A DNA stretch of 64,000 nucleotides from contig NZ_JAQNDL010000002.1 of NCBI RefSeq assembly GCF_028368995.1, positions 1,600,001-1,664,000 on the forward strand, written 5' to 3'. Below, piece after piece: positions 43,473-55,468 of this stretch. The notes below the pieces were generated by a model. The model ran no database searches. It was not told the DNA's origin and was given only the letters and a program-made list of their open reading frames with translations. Every line of letters starts with the position of its first letter. Within the stretch, counting starts at the first letter, position 1. Made by a program: the position numbers and the translations under genes. The DNA is from Nannocystis bainbridge (GTDB taxonomy: Bacteria; Myxococcota_A; Polyangia; Nannocystales; Nannocystaceae).

Positions 43473-44035
43473 TGCTCGCCCCTCGATCGCGCCGCTTCCT
43501 CGCCTGTCTCTTGGGACTGGTGCTCTCCTCCGCCTGCGAGGGCAAGCCCGGCGCCGGCGCGACGGCCAGGACCGGCGGCGCCGCCCCGGTGCTCGCCCTC
43601 GGCGCGCCGGTCCCCGCCTTCGCCGGCACCACCTTGCGCGGCGAGCCGCTCAGCCTCGCCGACCTGCGCGGCCGCGTCGTCCTCCTCAACGTCTGGGCCA
43701 CCTGGTGCGACCCCTGCCGCGAGGAGCTGCCCGACCTGCAGGCGCTGCACGTCCGCCACGAGCCCGAGGGCCTCACCGTCGTCGGCGTCAGCACCGACGC
43801 CGCGCGCGACGCCCGGACCCTGCGCAACATGGTCGCCGGCTTCGGCCTCACCTACCCGATCGTCCACGACGAGCGCAACGTCGTCAGCGGCCCGTTCCAG
43901 GTCATCGGCTACCCGGCCAGCTACCTCGTCGACCGCGCCGGCAACCTCCGCTGGCGCCGCGACGGCCGGATCCCCACCGGCGACCCCGAGCTCGCCGCCG
44001 CCCTCGCAGCGGCGCTGGCCGAGCCTGCGCCGTAG
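43472..44035 (+). CDS. TlpA-family thiol:disulfide redoxin (lipoprotein)
   Basis: LNVWATWCDPCREELP; lipobox SSAC; TGATG overlap with the sigma gene. Confidence 0.9.
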   Translation: MLAPRSRRFLACLLGLVLSSACEGKPGAGATARTGGAAPVLALGAPVPAFAGTTLRGEPLSLADLRGRVVLLNVWATWCDPCREELPDLQALHVRHEPEGLTVVGVSTDAARDARTLRNMVAGFGLTYPIVHDERNVVSGPFQVIGYPASYLVDRAGNLRWRRDGRIPTGDPELAAALAAALAEPAP

Positions 44036-44181
44036 AGCATGTCCGTGCGGACATGCCCTCGCGGACGTGTCGCTTCGGACATGTTCACAAGGCCGCCCGC
44101 GCGTCCAGGCCGACCGAGCCTGCGCCGCAGAGCATGTCCGTGAGGACATGCCCTCGCAGACATGTCGCTTCAGACATGACC
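44021..44181. repeat. Two near-identical 4-unit 14-bp-period arrays, 95 bp apart
   Basis: Cores at 44038, 44052, 44066, 44080 and 44133, 44147, 44161, 44175; both preceded by GAGCCTGCGCCG(T/C)AG. Confidence 0.88.
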
Positions 44182-44226
44182 GCGAGGCCAGCTCACTCGC
44201 GCAGCGGCGACCGCCGCGCGAGCGGC

Positions 44227-45207
44227 TCACACTCCGAGCAGCTCGCGCACGCTGCCGGCGACCGCCGCAGTGGGCAGGCACATGCGGGCCCCGGCGGCGC
44301 GCGCGGCCATGCGGATCTCGTCGGTCGGCGCGTCGTGGACCGCGATGATCTGCGGGTTGCTGGGCCCCGCGGCCAGCTTGGCGATCACGTCGGTGCTCTT
44401 GAGGTCGGGCACCGTCATGCTGAGGATCACGTAGCGCGGCGGCGCGGCCTGGGCGACCAGCAGCGCGTCGGCGCCGGTCTGGGCGGTCTTGATCTCGAGC
44501 GCCGGCGTCGCCCGCTCGAGCTCCTCCTTCACCTTGGCGCGGAAGTCGGCGTTCTGGGTCACCAGCAGCACCTTCGAGTTGTCGCGCGCGTCGTTCGACG
44601 GCTCGATGCGGGGCTCGTCGCGCAGGTGGAACGCCTCGACCACGCGGCGACGGACCTCGGCGACGTCGAGCGGCTTCTTGAGGCAGGCCGACGCGCCGGC
44701 CGCCAGGATCCGCTCCATGTTGGCCTCGGTGTAGTAGCCGGTGATGGCGATGATCTCGGTGTGCATCGTCGACGCGTCGCGCTTGAGGCGAGCGCACACC
44801 TCGAAGCCGTCGACGCCGGGCATCATCAGGTCGAGGAAGATGAGCTGCGGGCGGAACGTCGCCACCAGCCGGCCGGCGTCGAACGCGTCGCGGGCGACCT
44901 CGACGTCGAACTGATGCGACAGGTCCTTGAGGACATCCCGCACCAGGTCGAGCACGACCGGCTCGTCGTCGATCACGAGCAGGCGGCCGACCTCGTCGCC
45001 GGTCGGCACGGTGAACGGGATCCCGCGCTCTTGACAGACGCGCTCGAGATCCTCGCGCCGCACGCGGCGGTGGCCGCCCACGGTCTTGAACGCCGGGATG
45101 AGGCCGTCCTCGATCCAGCGGATCACGGTGGTCGGCGTGACGCAGCAGATCCGCGCGACGTCGTGGGTGGAGTAGGTGTCTTTGACTGGAGTGCGTCCGC
45201 GGCTCAT
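44227..45207 (-). CDS. Response regulator: N-terminal excisionase/MerR-like HTH, receiver and degenerate second receiver
   Basis: YSTHDVARICCVTPTTVIRWIEDGLIPAFKTVGGHRR; VIDDE...FLDLMMPGVDG...KKP; second domain has ILSMTVP in place of the phospho-Asp. Confidence 0.88.
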   Translation of the reverse strand: MSRGRTPVKDTYSTHDVARICCVTPTTVIRWIEDGLIPAFKTVGGHRRVRREDLERVCQERGIPFTVPTGDEVGRLLVIDDEPVVLDLVRDVLKDLSHQFDVEVARDAFDAGRLVATFRPQLIFLDLMMPGVDGFEVCARLKRDASTMHTEIIAITGYYTEANMERILAAGASACLKKPLDVAEVRRRVVEAFHLRDEPRIEPSNDARDNSKVLLVTQNADFRAKVKEELERATPALEIKTAQTGADALLVAQAAPPRYVILSMTVPDLKSTDVIAKLAAGPSNPQIIAVHDAPTDEIRMAARAAGARMCLPTAAVAGSVRELLGV

Positions 45208-47969
45208 ACGCTGGGGGGCTGCCCTTCGGGGGCGTCCGGGAGGTGGATCGTGAAGGTCGTACCCAGCCCGGGCTGCGACCTCACGAGGATATCACCTCCG
45301 TGGTCCTTGATGATTCCGTAGGAGATCGCAAGCCCGAGGCCGGTGCCCTTGCCGATGTCCTTGGTGCTGAAGAACGGGTCGAAGATGCGGTCGAGGATCT
45401 CGGGGGGGATCCCGCAGCCCTCGTCGGCGATCTCGAGCACGACGCGGCCGTCTTCCCGGTCGAGGCGGATCCGGATCCGGCCGCCCCGCGGCATGGCGTC
45501 GACCGCGTTCGAGAACAGGTTGAGGAGCACCTGCTCGAGCTGATCGGCGTCGCCGACGAGCATCGCCTTCGGCAGCCCCGAGCGCAGGACCCGGACGTTG
45601 TGCATCCGCCACTGGTACTCGCCGATGCCGATCACGCGGTCGATGAGGCCGCTCAGGTCGACGGGCCGGCGCTTGCCGCCCTCGCGCTGGCGCGAGAACA
45701 GCAGCACGCCCTCGACGATCTTGCGGCAGCGCTCGCCGCTGGCCGCGATCTTCTCGACCTTCTCGCGCACGTTCGGGTCGAGCGGCTTCTCGAGCAGCAG
45801 CCGGCTGTAGCCGACCACGCCGCTGAGCGGGTTGTTGATCTCGTGGGCGATCCCCGCCGCCAGCAGGCCCACGGCCGCGAGCTTCTGCGTGCGCAGCACC
45901 TGGTCCTCGAGCGCTCGCCGCCGCCGCAGGTCGAGCGCGACGAGCACCGCGCCGGCCCCCGGATCGTCGGCCCCGCGCAGCAAGCGACCCTCGAGGTGCA
46001 GCGGGATCTCCTGCCCGCCCTCGGCCAGCACCGCGACCTCGGTGGCGATCGCGCCGGTCGACCGCAGGCTCGTCCACAACGTGTCCCATCGGGCAGGTTC
46101 GGCCAGGCGCGCCACCTCGACCCCGAACTTGCGCCCGCGGGCCGCCTCGGCCGACACGCCGAGCAGCTGCTGGCTGGCGCGGTTCCACGTCACGACCCGC
46201 CCGGCCGCGTCGATCGAATTGATGAGCACGCTGGTCTGGTCGAGCAGCAGCGCCTGATAGTCCGCCAGCGCCTCGGTCTCGATCATCAGGCGACCGCCCT
46301 CGAGCCCGAGCGCCAGCTGCGGGGCGAGCAGCGCCAGCAGCCGCAGCGGCGTCGCGTCGCGCGGCCCGGCGCCGGCCAGCACGAAGAACCCGGCCACCCG
46401 CGGATTGGCCCCCAGCGCCAGCCGGAGCGCGCTCCTCCGGCCCTCGAGCTCGCCGAACCACCGCCGGTGCGTGGGCTCCGTCGCGTCGATCTCGACCACC
46501 GCCGGGCCGCTGCCCCACGCCGCCGGCGGCTCGCTCTCGACGGGCAGCGTCGACACCCGCGGCGCGCAGCCGGTCCGCAGCGTCCACCGCTGCCAGCCCT
46601 CGCCGACGCGCGCGAGCACGACTCCGCGGGTGAACCCGAGCGAGTCCATGATCGCCCCGCAGGCCGCCGCCACGTTGTCGTGCGGCCGCGCCGTCGACAC
46701 CAGCAGGCGGTCGACCTGGGCCAGCAGCCGATCCTCGAAGTCCTGCTGCCGGCGCTCGCGGAGGTCGCGGAGCAGCGCCACCGTCGGCGCCCCCTCCTCG
46801 CGCCCGCCCGCCAGCGACAGCTCGACCGGCAGCGGCGCCCCGTCGAGCCGCCGCAGCTCGATCTCGCCATGCCAGTTGCCGACCCGCGCCTGCGTCAGCG
46901 CCTCGCTCAGCGCCCGCGCGGCCGCCGGCTCGGCCAGCTCGAGCAGGCTGCGCCCGCCCAGGTGCGGCCCGCTCCTGGCCTCCGAGTCCTGTCCCGAAGA
47001 CAAGGTCTTTCCGGACATGCTCTCTGCGCCAGGTCGCGTCCGCGCCAGCGCCCCGTCGGCCGCTGCCTGAGCCCCTGAAACCGCGCTCCGACCCGCTCCG
47101 GCGCCGGTTCGCGCCGCCTCGTCAACGGTTCGATCGGCGGCATGCGGCGCCGCGCTCGCCGCCCCGCCTGTCCACACCGCGTCGTCGCCGTCGCTCGCGC
47201 GTGACCGAACGGACATGTCCCTCGCGCCACCCGCCGCTCCGGCGCGTGACCGATCGGACATGCCCGTCGGGCCAGCCACGCCCCGGCCGGGCCGCGTATC
47301 CACGCCGCCGGCACGTGACCGATCGGGCATGTCCGTAGGGCCAGCCGAGCCGTCCGCCGTCTGCCCCGAAGACACTGTCCGTTGCGACATGTCCTCCACG
47401 CCAGGCCGGACGCGGCCGCGCACGTCGCCGGCGAACAGCACCCGCGCGGCCGGGTTGGCGTGCACGATCATGCCCGCGCCGTCGAGCAGCAGCAGCCCCT
47501 GGTCGAGCGCCTCGAGGCAGCGGGCCAGCGCGCGGCCGACGTCGGGCGTCTGCGACCGCTCGGGCGCGGTGAACGTCAGCAGCACGTTGTCGCTGGCCAG
47601 CTTGCTGGCCCGCACCGCGCACGGCCACGTCCGGCCGCGGCCCGGCACCAGCGTCAGCTCGAGCGAGAAGCTGTGGCCCGCCGGTCGCCCGCGCAGGCCG
47701 GTGAAGGCTCGCCCGAACGCGCTGCGCTCGCTGGCGCGCGCGATGTAGCCGAGGAACGGCTCGCCGCCGAGATCGTGGGCGGCGAGGCCCTCGGCCAGCC
47801 CCGGGTTGGCCGCCAGGATCAGACCCGCGGGCGTGAGCACGGCGGCCGGCATCGCCAGCGCCGCGACGATCTCGCTGTACGCGCCGAGCGCGCCGTCGGA
47901 GCCGAGGCGGACTGTGGCTTCGGCGTCGCCGAGGCGCGGCAGCGAGGAGGTTTTGGAGCCCTGGACCAC
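45204..47969 (-). CDS. Multi-PAS sensor histidine kinase (NtrB-like)
   Basis: PAS-like segments; H-box [35 protein letters not shown] and GTGLGL; ATGA overlap with the regulator; start uncertain. Confidence 0.9.
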   Translation of the reverse strand: MVQGSKTSSLPRLGDAEATVRLGSDGALGAYSEIVAALAMPAAVLTPAGLILAANPGLAEGLAAHDLGGEPFLGYIARASERSAFGRAFTGLRGRPAGHSFSLELTLVPGRGRTWPCAVRASKLASDNVLLTFTAPERSQTPDVGRALARCLEALDQGLLLLDGAGMIVHANPAARVLFAGDVRGRVRPGVEDMSQRTVSSGQTADGSAGPTDMPDRSRAGGVDTRPGRGVAGPTGMSDRSRAGAAGGARDMSVRSRASDGDDAVWTGGAASAAPHAADRTVDEAARTGAGAGRSAVSGAQAAADGALARTRPGAESMSGKTLSSGQDSEARSGPHLGGRSLLELAEPAAARALSEALTQARVGNWHGEIELRRLDGAPLPVELSLAGGREEGAPTVALLRDLRERRQQDFEDRLLAQVDRLLVSTARPHDNVAAACGAIMDSLGFTRGVVLARVGEGWQRWTLRTGCAPRVSTLPVESEPPAAWGSGPAVVEIDATEPTHRRWFGELEGRRSALRLALGANPRVAGFFVLAGAGPRDATPLRLLALLAPQLALGLEGGRLMIETEALADYQALLLDQTSVLINSIDAAGRVVTWNRASQQLLGVSAEAARGRKFGVEVARLAEPARWDTLWTSLRSTGAIATEVAVLAEGGQEIPLHLEGRLLRGADDPGAGAVLVALDLRRRRALEDQVLRTQKLAAVGLLAAGIAHEINNPLSGVVGYSRLLLEKPLDPNVREKVEKIAASGERCRKIVEGVLLFSRQREGGKRRPVDLSGLIDRVIGIGEYQWRMHNVRVLRSGLPKAMLVGDADQLEQVLLNLFSNAVDAMPRGGRIRIRLDREDGRVVLEIADEGCGIPPEILDRIFDPFFSTKDIGKGTGLGLAISYGIIKDHGGDILVRSQPGLGTTFTIHLPDAPEGQPPSV
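46985..47408. repeat. Cluster of 14-bp-period arrays forming an in-frame low-complexity insert in the kinase
   Basis: Cores at 46988/47002/47016/47030, 47200/47214, 47245/47259/47273, 47314/47328/47342, 47374/47388/47402. Confidence 0.78.
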
Positions 47970-48074
47970 GAGTGCGGCGGCATGCTTAGCAAAATTCCCC
48001 GCCTGGTGCCCGGGGTCGAGTTCGCGCAGCGCCGTCTCGCGCCCCCCGGCCACCCCTGCTAGTCTGCCGCGCCG

Positions 48075-48791
48075 ATGACGCTCACCGACCCTGGCCGCCT
48101 CGCGGGCGTGCGGCTCGCCGCCACCGTCGTCCTCCTGCGCGAGCGCGCCGCCGGCGATCCCCAGGTCTTCATGCTCCGCCGTAGCGCCCGGAGCCCGTTC
48201 ATGCCCGACACCCTGGTGTTCCCCGGCGGCGCGGTCGACCCCGACGACGGCCCCGAGGGCAGCGACGAGGCCTTCGACGCCGCCGCGCGGCGCGAGTGCC
48301 GTGAGGAGGCCGGCGTCGCCCTCGAGGCCCGCGACCTCCACTGGTTCGACACCTGGCTCACCCCCGCCGCCGAGCCGCGCCGCTACTTCGCCCGCTTCTA
48401 TCTCGCGCGCCTGACCGAGGGCGAGTTCGAGGACGCCGCCGCCGACGGCCACGAGACCCACGAGGGCCGCTGGGCCACCCCGGCGGAGCTCCTGGCCGCC
48501 TGGCAGCGCGAAGAGGTCGACCTCCCGCCGCCGACGCTGTGCACCCTCATGCGCCTGGCCGACGAGCGCCGCGCCGGCCTCGTCGGCCTCCCCGCCGCCC
48601 TCGTGCACGAGCCGATCCTCCCCAAGGGCCTCCTCCAGCCCGACGCCGACGGCGAGGCGCGCCTCGTCGTCGTGCTCCCCCACGACCCGGCCTACCCCGA
48701 GCTGCCCGGCGACGGCGTGCCCGCCCCCGCCCGCGTCGCCGACCTGCCCCACCGCCTCGTCCGCGCCGGGAGGACCTGGCGCCTGTGCTGA
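48075..48791 (+). CDS. NUDIX hydrolase (Nudt19-like)
   Basis: AATVVLLR, VFPGGAVD...AARRECREEAGV, WLTP..RRYFARFY and LPPPT. Confidence 0.88.
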   Translation: MTLTDPGRLAGVRLAATVVLLRERAAGDPQVFMLRRSARSPFMPDTLVFPGGAVDPDDGPEGSDEAFDAAARRECREEAGVALEARDLHWFDTWLTPAAEPRRYFARFYLARLTEGEFEDAAADGHETHEGRWATPAELLAAWQREEVDLPPPTLCTLMRLADERRAGLVGLPAALVHEPILPKGLLQPDADGEARLVVVLPHDPAYPELPGDGVPAPARVADLPHRLVRAGRTWRLC

Positions 48792-48797
48792 CCCTTC

Positions 48798-48916
48798 GGC
48801 CATGGCCCCCGCGCCATGCTCTTCGGGGCATGTCGCAAGCGACAGGCGCGAACAGCCATGTCCGAAACGACATGTCCCTCGCGCCAGCCACCGCAGCTGA
48901 CCGCAGCGACATGTCC
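48798..48916. repeat. 14-bp-period palindrome array
   Basis: Cores at 48801, 48815, 48829, 48843, 48857, 48871; CGACATGTCCCTCGCGCCAGCC repeated at about 48868 and 48907. Confidence 0.85.
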
Positions 48917-48934
48917 CTCGCGCCAGCCTCCGCC

Positions 48935-50023
48935 ATGCGCCTCTCGACCTGCCTCCTCGCCCTCCTCCTCGCCGCCTGCGGCCGCACCGAGCCCCAAGGT
49001 CCGCGCTCCGCCACGGCGCCCGCCGGCGCGCCCGCGCCGACCGACGCCGCAGATCCGGCCGCCCCTCCCGCGCCCGTCGTGCCGGCCGCGCCCGCGACCC
49101 CCGACGAGCGGCGCGTCCTCGCCTGGCTCGACCCCGACTCGCCCGCCGTCGCGTACATGCGGCTGCCCGCCGACCTCGAGCCCGAGGCGCTCGGCGAGCT
49201 GTTCGCCTTGCCGCCGCGCGCGCTCGCCCTGCTGCGCGCCCCGCTGAGCCTCGAGTCCGGGCTCGCCGCCCTCGTCGGCCCCGCCGCCCCGCCGCCCGAG
49301 CAGTGGCTCGCGCGCGACCTCGTCGTCATGCAGCCCGTGCTCGCCCGCGGCCCCTACCTCGTGCGCCGCCTGCTCGCGCCGCGGGCGGACGTCGAGGCCT
49401 GGCTGCGCAGCGGCGGCATGCAGGTCGACACCGTCGAGGGCCTCGCGGTGTGGACCCCCGGCCAGTCCGCGCCCGAGGCTCCGGTCGACGGCGCCCCCGG
49501 CCTCGCCCCCTCGCTCGTGTTCCCTTGGCGGCTCGTCTTCCTCGCCGACGATCTGGTCGGCGCCTTCTCCCTCACCGAGATGGGCAACGGCCTCGGCCCG
49601 CTGACCGCCGCCCGCGACCTGCCTCCGTCCGATCTCACGCGCATGATCGGCGAGGTCGTCGCCGCCGACCCCGCGCTCCTGCTCGAGCTGTACGTCCAGG
49701 GCGCCATGCTCCACTTCGATCTCAGCGACGACGTCGGGGTCGCCAAGCTGTCCCTGCGCCGCCTCGTCGAGGCCGACGGCGCGCGCTCGTTGCCCCGCCA
49801 CGACGCCGCCGGCATCGACGGCGAGGTCATCCTCCAGCCGCTGGGCGACGTCGCCGACGCCGCCGCCGCGCTCGAGGCCCGCGCCCCCGCCGGCGCCGCC
49901 ACCGACGTCCTGCGCGACCTCTACAAGGCCGTCGCCTACAGCCAGGACGGCCCGGTCGTGCGCGGCCGCCTGCAGCTCGCCGCCGACGACCTCGCGCCCC
50001 TGCGCCGCGGAGGCGGCCGTTGA
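48935..50023 (+). CDS. Hypothetical lipoprotein
   Basis: MRLSTCLLALLLAAC lipobox; Pro/Ala linker followed by a globular region. Confidence 0.75.
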   Translation: MRLSTCLLALLLAACGRTEPQGPRSATAPAGAPAPTDAADPAAPPAPVVPAAPATPDERRVLAWLDPDSPAVAYMRLPADLEPEALGELFALPPRALALLRAPLSLESGLAALVGPAAPPPEQWLARDLVVMQPVLARGPYLVRRLLAPRADVEAWLRSGGMQVDTVEGLAVWTPGQSAPEAPVDGAPGLAPSLVFPWRLVFLADDLVGAFSLTEMGNGLGPLTAARDLPPSDLTRMIGEVVAADPALLLELYVQGAMLHFDLSDDVGVAKLSLRRLVEADGARSLPRHDAAGIDGEVILQPLGDVADAAAALEARAPAGAATDVLRDLYKAVAYSQDGPVVRGRLQLAADDLAPLRRGGGR

Positions 50024-50057
50024 GCGCGCCGCGCCCCGGGCAGCGCGGAGGCCCTCG

Positions 50058-50918
50058 GTGAGCCCCGCGCTCTCCGCTCCGCGCGCCCTCGGCCTCCTCC
50101 GGTCGCGCCTCGCCCTGCTGCTCGCGCTCGCCGCCTGCAACGCCCCACCCGCCGGCGATCCGCCCTCTTCGCGACCTGCCCCCACGGCCATGTCCGAGAC
50201 GACAGGCCCGATCGCCCAGGTCCCCGAGGACATGTCCAAACAGACATGCCCACAAGTGCAGGATCCGATCGGCGACCTCGAGTGGATCCCCGCCGACGCC
50301 CGCGTCGTCGCCCTGTTCGACCTCGGCGACCCTGGCGTCGACGACGCCGCCGCCGAGCTCGCGCGCGCCAGCGCCACCACCCCCGGCATGCCCGTGGTCG
50401 CCGCGCTCGGCCTCGGCTTCGTCGCTACCCAGCTGCACATCCTCCGCCGCCAGCTCGCCGACGCCGCGCTGACCCCCCGCGAGCTGCTCCTCCTCCACGA
50501 TCCGGCCGGCGCCGTCGTCTGGATCGTGCGCGTCCGCTGCGACCTCGCCGTCCTCCAAAACACCCTCGCGCGCGCCTGGGGCGTCACCAGCCGCACCACC
50601 GCCGCCGGCCCGCTCGCCGAGCCCGACCCCGCCCGCGGCTTCCCCCACGACCTCGTCTTCCTCGGCGACGATCGCCTCGCCCTCGTGCCCGCCGGCGCCG
50701 GCGGCAAGCTGCGGCGCTGGCTCGAAGGCCAGGCCGGCCCGCCCGACCTCGGCGAACGCCGCGGCGAGACCCCCGGTCAGGCGCTCGCTCGCCTCGATCC
50801 CGCCCCGATCCGCGTCGTGCTCGCCGGCCGCGGCTTGCTCGCTGGCGACGCCGCCAGCGCCCCTCGCACCGTCCGCGCCTGGCCGGACCGCGTCGCCCTC
50901 GACGCCGCCCCGCCGTGA
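50058..50918 (+). CDS. Hypothetical lipoprotein
   Basis: LLLALAAC lipobox; LEWIPADARVVA resembles LAWLDPDSPAVA in the upstream gene. Confidence 0.72.
   Translation: MSPALSAPRALGLLRSRLALLLALAACNAPPAGDPPSSRPAPTAMSETTGPIAQVPEDMSKQTCPQVQDPIGDLEWIPADARVVALFDLGDPGVDDAAAELARASATTPGMPVVAALGLGFVATQLHILRRQLADAALTPRELLLLHDPAGAVVWIVRVRCDLAVLQNTLARAWGVTSRTTAAGPLAEPDPARGFPHDLVFLGDDRLALVPAGAGGKLRRWLEGQAGPPDLGERRGETPGQALARLDPAPIRVVLAGRGLLAGDAASAPRTVRAWPDRVALDAAPP
50172..50265. repeat. 7-unit 14-bp-period array encoding the lipoprotein linker
   Basis: Cores at 50175, 50189, 50203, 50217, 50231, 50245, 50259. Confidence 0.82.
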
Positions 50919-51017
50919 TCCGGACCTGGCCGATCGGCCAGGCCACCGTCCTCCGGACCGCGCGCATCTGCCCGACCGGACAGCCCCGCGCTCGCACGCG
51001 AGGCTCCGCGCCTCACA

Positions 51018-51069
51018 GGACATGCCCCCTCGGACATGTCTTTCAAAGCATGCCCCTTAGAACATGTTC
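51018..51069. repeat. 14-bp-period palindrome array, 4 units
   Basis: CATG at 51021, 51035, 51049, 51063. Confidence 0.88.
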
Positions 51070-51307
51070 GATCGAACCCGACACCGCGTGCCGCGCCCGT
51101 GACCCATCGCACCGGCGCGCGCGAGGTCGCTGCGCGCGCACCGGGCCGCGCGGGGGCTCGGACCCGCGACCTGGGCCTGCCTCGTGAACTGCGTTCGTCG
51201 CCTGTTCGCCCGGCCGCGGGCCGCCGCGGCCGGATTTGCCGCAAGGGCGCGCCCACGTGGCCTGCGGGCCCCTTTGCGCGCGTCCTCGCTCAGGTATAGT
51301 GGAGGGT

Positions 51308-51862
51308 ATGCCTGTCGACCCGGGCCCGAGTGCACCTTCATCCTCTGCCGCCATGTCCGTCGCCGCCGTGCTTTCCGGAGGCTCCGGTCCCTGGCCCAGC
51401 CACCCGCCCGCGCTCGCCGACGACGTCAACTCGATCGACGCCATCGTCCGCGCCATGTACGCCTCGGTCTCGTTCACCGAGGGGCGGGGCCCCGACGCCG
51501 AGCGTCTCGCCAGCCTGTGCGTCCCGCACGGCCGCCTGATCAAGGTCCACGCCAACAACATCGACGACATGAGCGTCCCCGAGTTCGTCGAGCGGGTGCA
51601 GACCCGGATCAGCGAGCAGGGCCTGCGCGGCTTCTCCGAGCGCGAGCTGTTCCGCCGCACCGAGGTGTTCGCCGGGATCGCCCACGTCTTCACCACCTAC
51701 GAGAGCCGCACCGACGACGGCGGCGCCGACCACCTGCTCTACCGCGGCATCAACAGCATCCAGCTGCGCCACGACGGCCGGCGCTGGTGGATCCTCACGA
51801 TCCTCTGGGCCGACGAGCGCGACGACTCCCCGATCCCCGCGGCGTATCTTCCTCGCACATGA
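51308..51862 (+). CDS. NTF2-like/SnoaL-like fold protein
   Basis: DVNSIDAIVRAMYASVS, GFSERE, FAGIAHVFTTYE and RGINSIQL..DGRRWWI; TATAGT 7 nt upstream. Confidence 0.78.
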   Translation: MPVDPGPSAPSSSAAMSVAAVLSGGSGPWPSHPPALADDVNSIDAIVRAMYASVSFTEGRGPDAERLASLCVPHGRLIKVHANNIDDMSVPEFVERVQTRISEQGLRGFSERELFRRTEVFAGIAHVFTTYESRTDDGGADHLLYRGINSIQLRHDGRRWWILTILWADERDDSPIPAAYLPRT

Positions 51863-52788
51863 GCGCGGTCCGCGGTCGCTACGCTCCCAGCCCGACCGGC
51901 CCGCTGCACCTCGGCAACGCGCGCACCGCCCTGCTCGCCTGGCTCGACGCCCGCGCTCGCGGCGGCGCCTTTGTCATGCGCATCGAGGACGTCGACTTCA
52001 CGCGCGCCCGGCCCGAGTTCGAGGCCCAGCTCCTGCTCGACCTGCACTGGCTCGGCCTCGACTGGGACGAGGGCCCCGACGTCGGCGGACCGTCCGGCCC
52101 CTACCGTCAGAGCGAGCGCGGCGATCGCTACGCCGCCGCCCTCGCGCGCCTCGAAGTCTACCCGTGCACCTGCACCCGTCGCGAGCTGCGCGCCTTGCCG
52201 GTCACCAGCATGTCCGGAGAGCCAGTGTACCCGGGGACATGTCGCAAAGGACAGTCGAACCCCGGCCGTCACGCCGCCGTGCGCTGGCGCGTCCCTGGCG
52301 GCAGCGTCGACTTCGTCGATCGCCTGTGCGGCGAGCACCGGCAGGACATCGACCGCGACGTCGGCGACTTCGTGCTGCAGCGCGGCGACGGGGCCTGGGC
52401 CTACCAGCTCGCCGTCGTCGTCGACGACGCCGACATGGGCGTCACCGACATCGTCCGCGGCGCCGATCTGCTCGACAGCACCCCGCGGCAGCTCCACCTC
52501 CTGCGCGCGCTGCACCCTGACCTGCCCGCCCCGCGCTTCGCCCACGTCCCGTTGATCCTCGGCGCCGGCGGGGCCAAGCTCAGCAAGCGCGATGGGGCGC
52601 CCGACCTCGGGGCCCTGCGCGAGGCGGGCGCATCGCCGGCGCGCGTCGTGGCGGCGCTCGCCCGCAGCGTGGGCCTCGTGCCCCCGGAGGTCCGCGAGAT
52701 CCGGCCCCGCGAGCTCTTGACCACCGTTCAGGCCGACGATCCGCTCGCGCGCATCACCTCGCAGCCCCTCGACCTCGCCGGCCTGTGA
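51859..52788 (+). CDS. gluQ: Glutamyl-Q tRNA(Asp) synthetase GluQRS
   Basis: [23 protein letters not shown]...[15 protein letters not shown] and KLSKR; no anticodon-binding domain (about 310 aa). Confidence 0.9.
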   Translation: MSAVRGRYAPSPTGPLHLGNARTALLAWLDARARGGAFVMRIEDVDFTRARPEFEAQLLLDLHWLGLDWDEGPDVGGPSGPYRQSERGDRYAAALARLEVYPCTCTRRELRALPVTSMSGEPVYPGTCRKGQSNPGRHAAVRWRVPGGSVDFVDRLCGEHRQDIDRDVGDFVLQRGDGAWAYQLAVVVDDADMGVTDIVRGADLLDSTPRQLHLLRALHPDLPAPRFAHVPLILGAGGAKLSKRDGAPDLGALREAGASPARVVAALARSVGLVPPEVREIRPRELLTTVQADDPLARITSQPLDLAGL

Positions 52789-52896
52789 CGGACGTCCTCG
52801 TCCGCCCCGTGAGTCGCCCGACGTTGCGCCCGCGAAGCCTTGTCCGCGCCGACCCGGGTCGATAAAACCCGAATCCTCCCCGGAGTCTCTTCGCCG

Positions 52897-55110
<2,214 letters not shown>

Positions 55111-55128
55111 CCCGCGCCCTCGCGCCCC

Positions 55129-55172
55129 GGAGCCCCGCGATCTCGCCGAGGTCGCGGGGCTCCTGTATTTTT
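55129..55172 (+). terminator. Probable intrinsic terminator
   Basis: GGAGCCCCGCGA (55129-55140) pairs with TCGCGGGGCTCC (55152-55163), followed by TGTATTTTT; begins 18 nt after the stop. Confidence 0.75.
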
Positions 55173-55312
55173 GGACATGCCCTCGAGAGCATGTTCCAAA
55201 TGACATGTCCGATGCGACATGCATCTCTTCATGCCGCGCTAACTTTGGGCAAGCGCTTTAGAGCATGTTCCGAATGACATGTCCGATGCGACATGCAGCT
55301 CTCCATGCCGCG
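55173..55312. repeat. Two near-identical 14-bp-period arrays, 74 bp apart
   Basis: CATG at 55176, 55190, 55204, 55218 and 55264, 55278, 55292; about 53-nt block duplicated. Confidence 0.88.
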
Positions 55313-55468
55313 CGCACGAAAGCGGCCTGATGCGCTCTCCTCGATGCGTCCGCTCGGCGCGACCCGACGAGGGTCCCCGACCCCGGCCGTCCGCATCCGC
55401 GGCCGCACCGTTCGCGCGCGCGCCCGTAGATCCATCCTCTCGACCGCCCGTTGCCGGGGCGAGCCACC

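Noticed and set aside
47970-48803. N-terminal extension of the 1199-aa kinase ORF
   Set aside because: It overlaps the NUDIX gene on the opposite strand.
52209-52255. Motif units in gluQ as an insertion
   Set aside because: They overlap the conserved YPGTCR zinc-site residues and the phasing is imperfect (14/15/14); at most codon-level adaptation.
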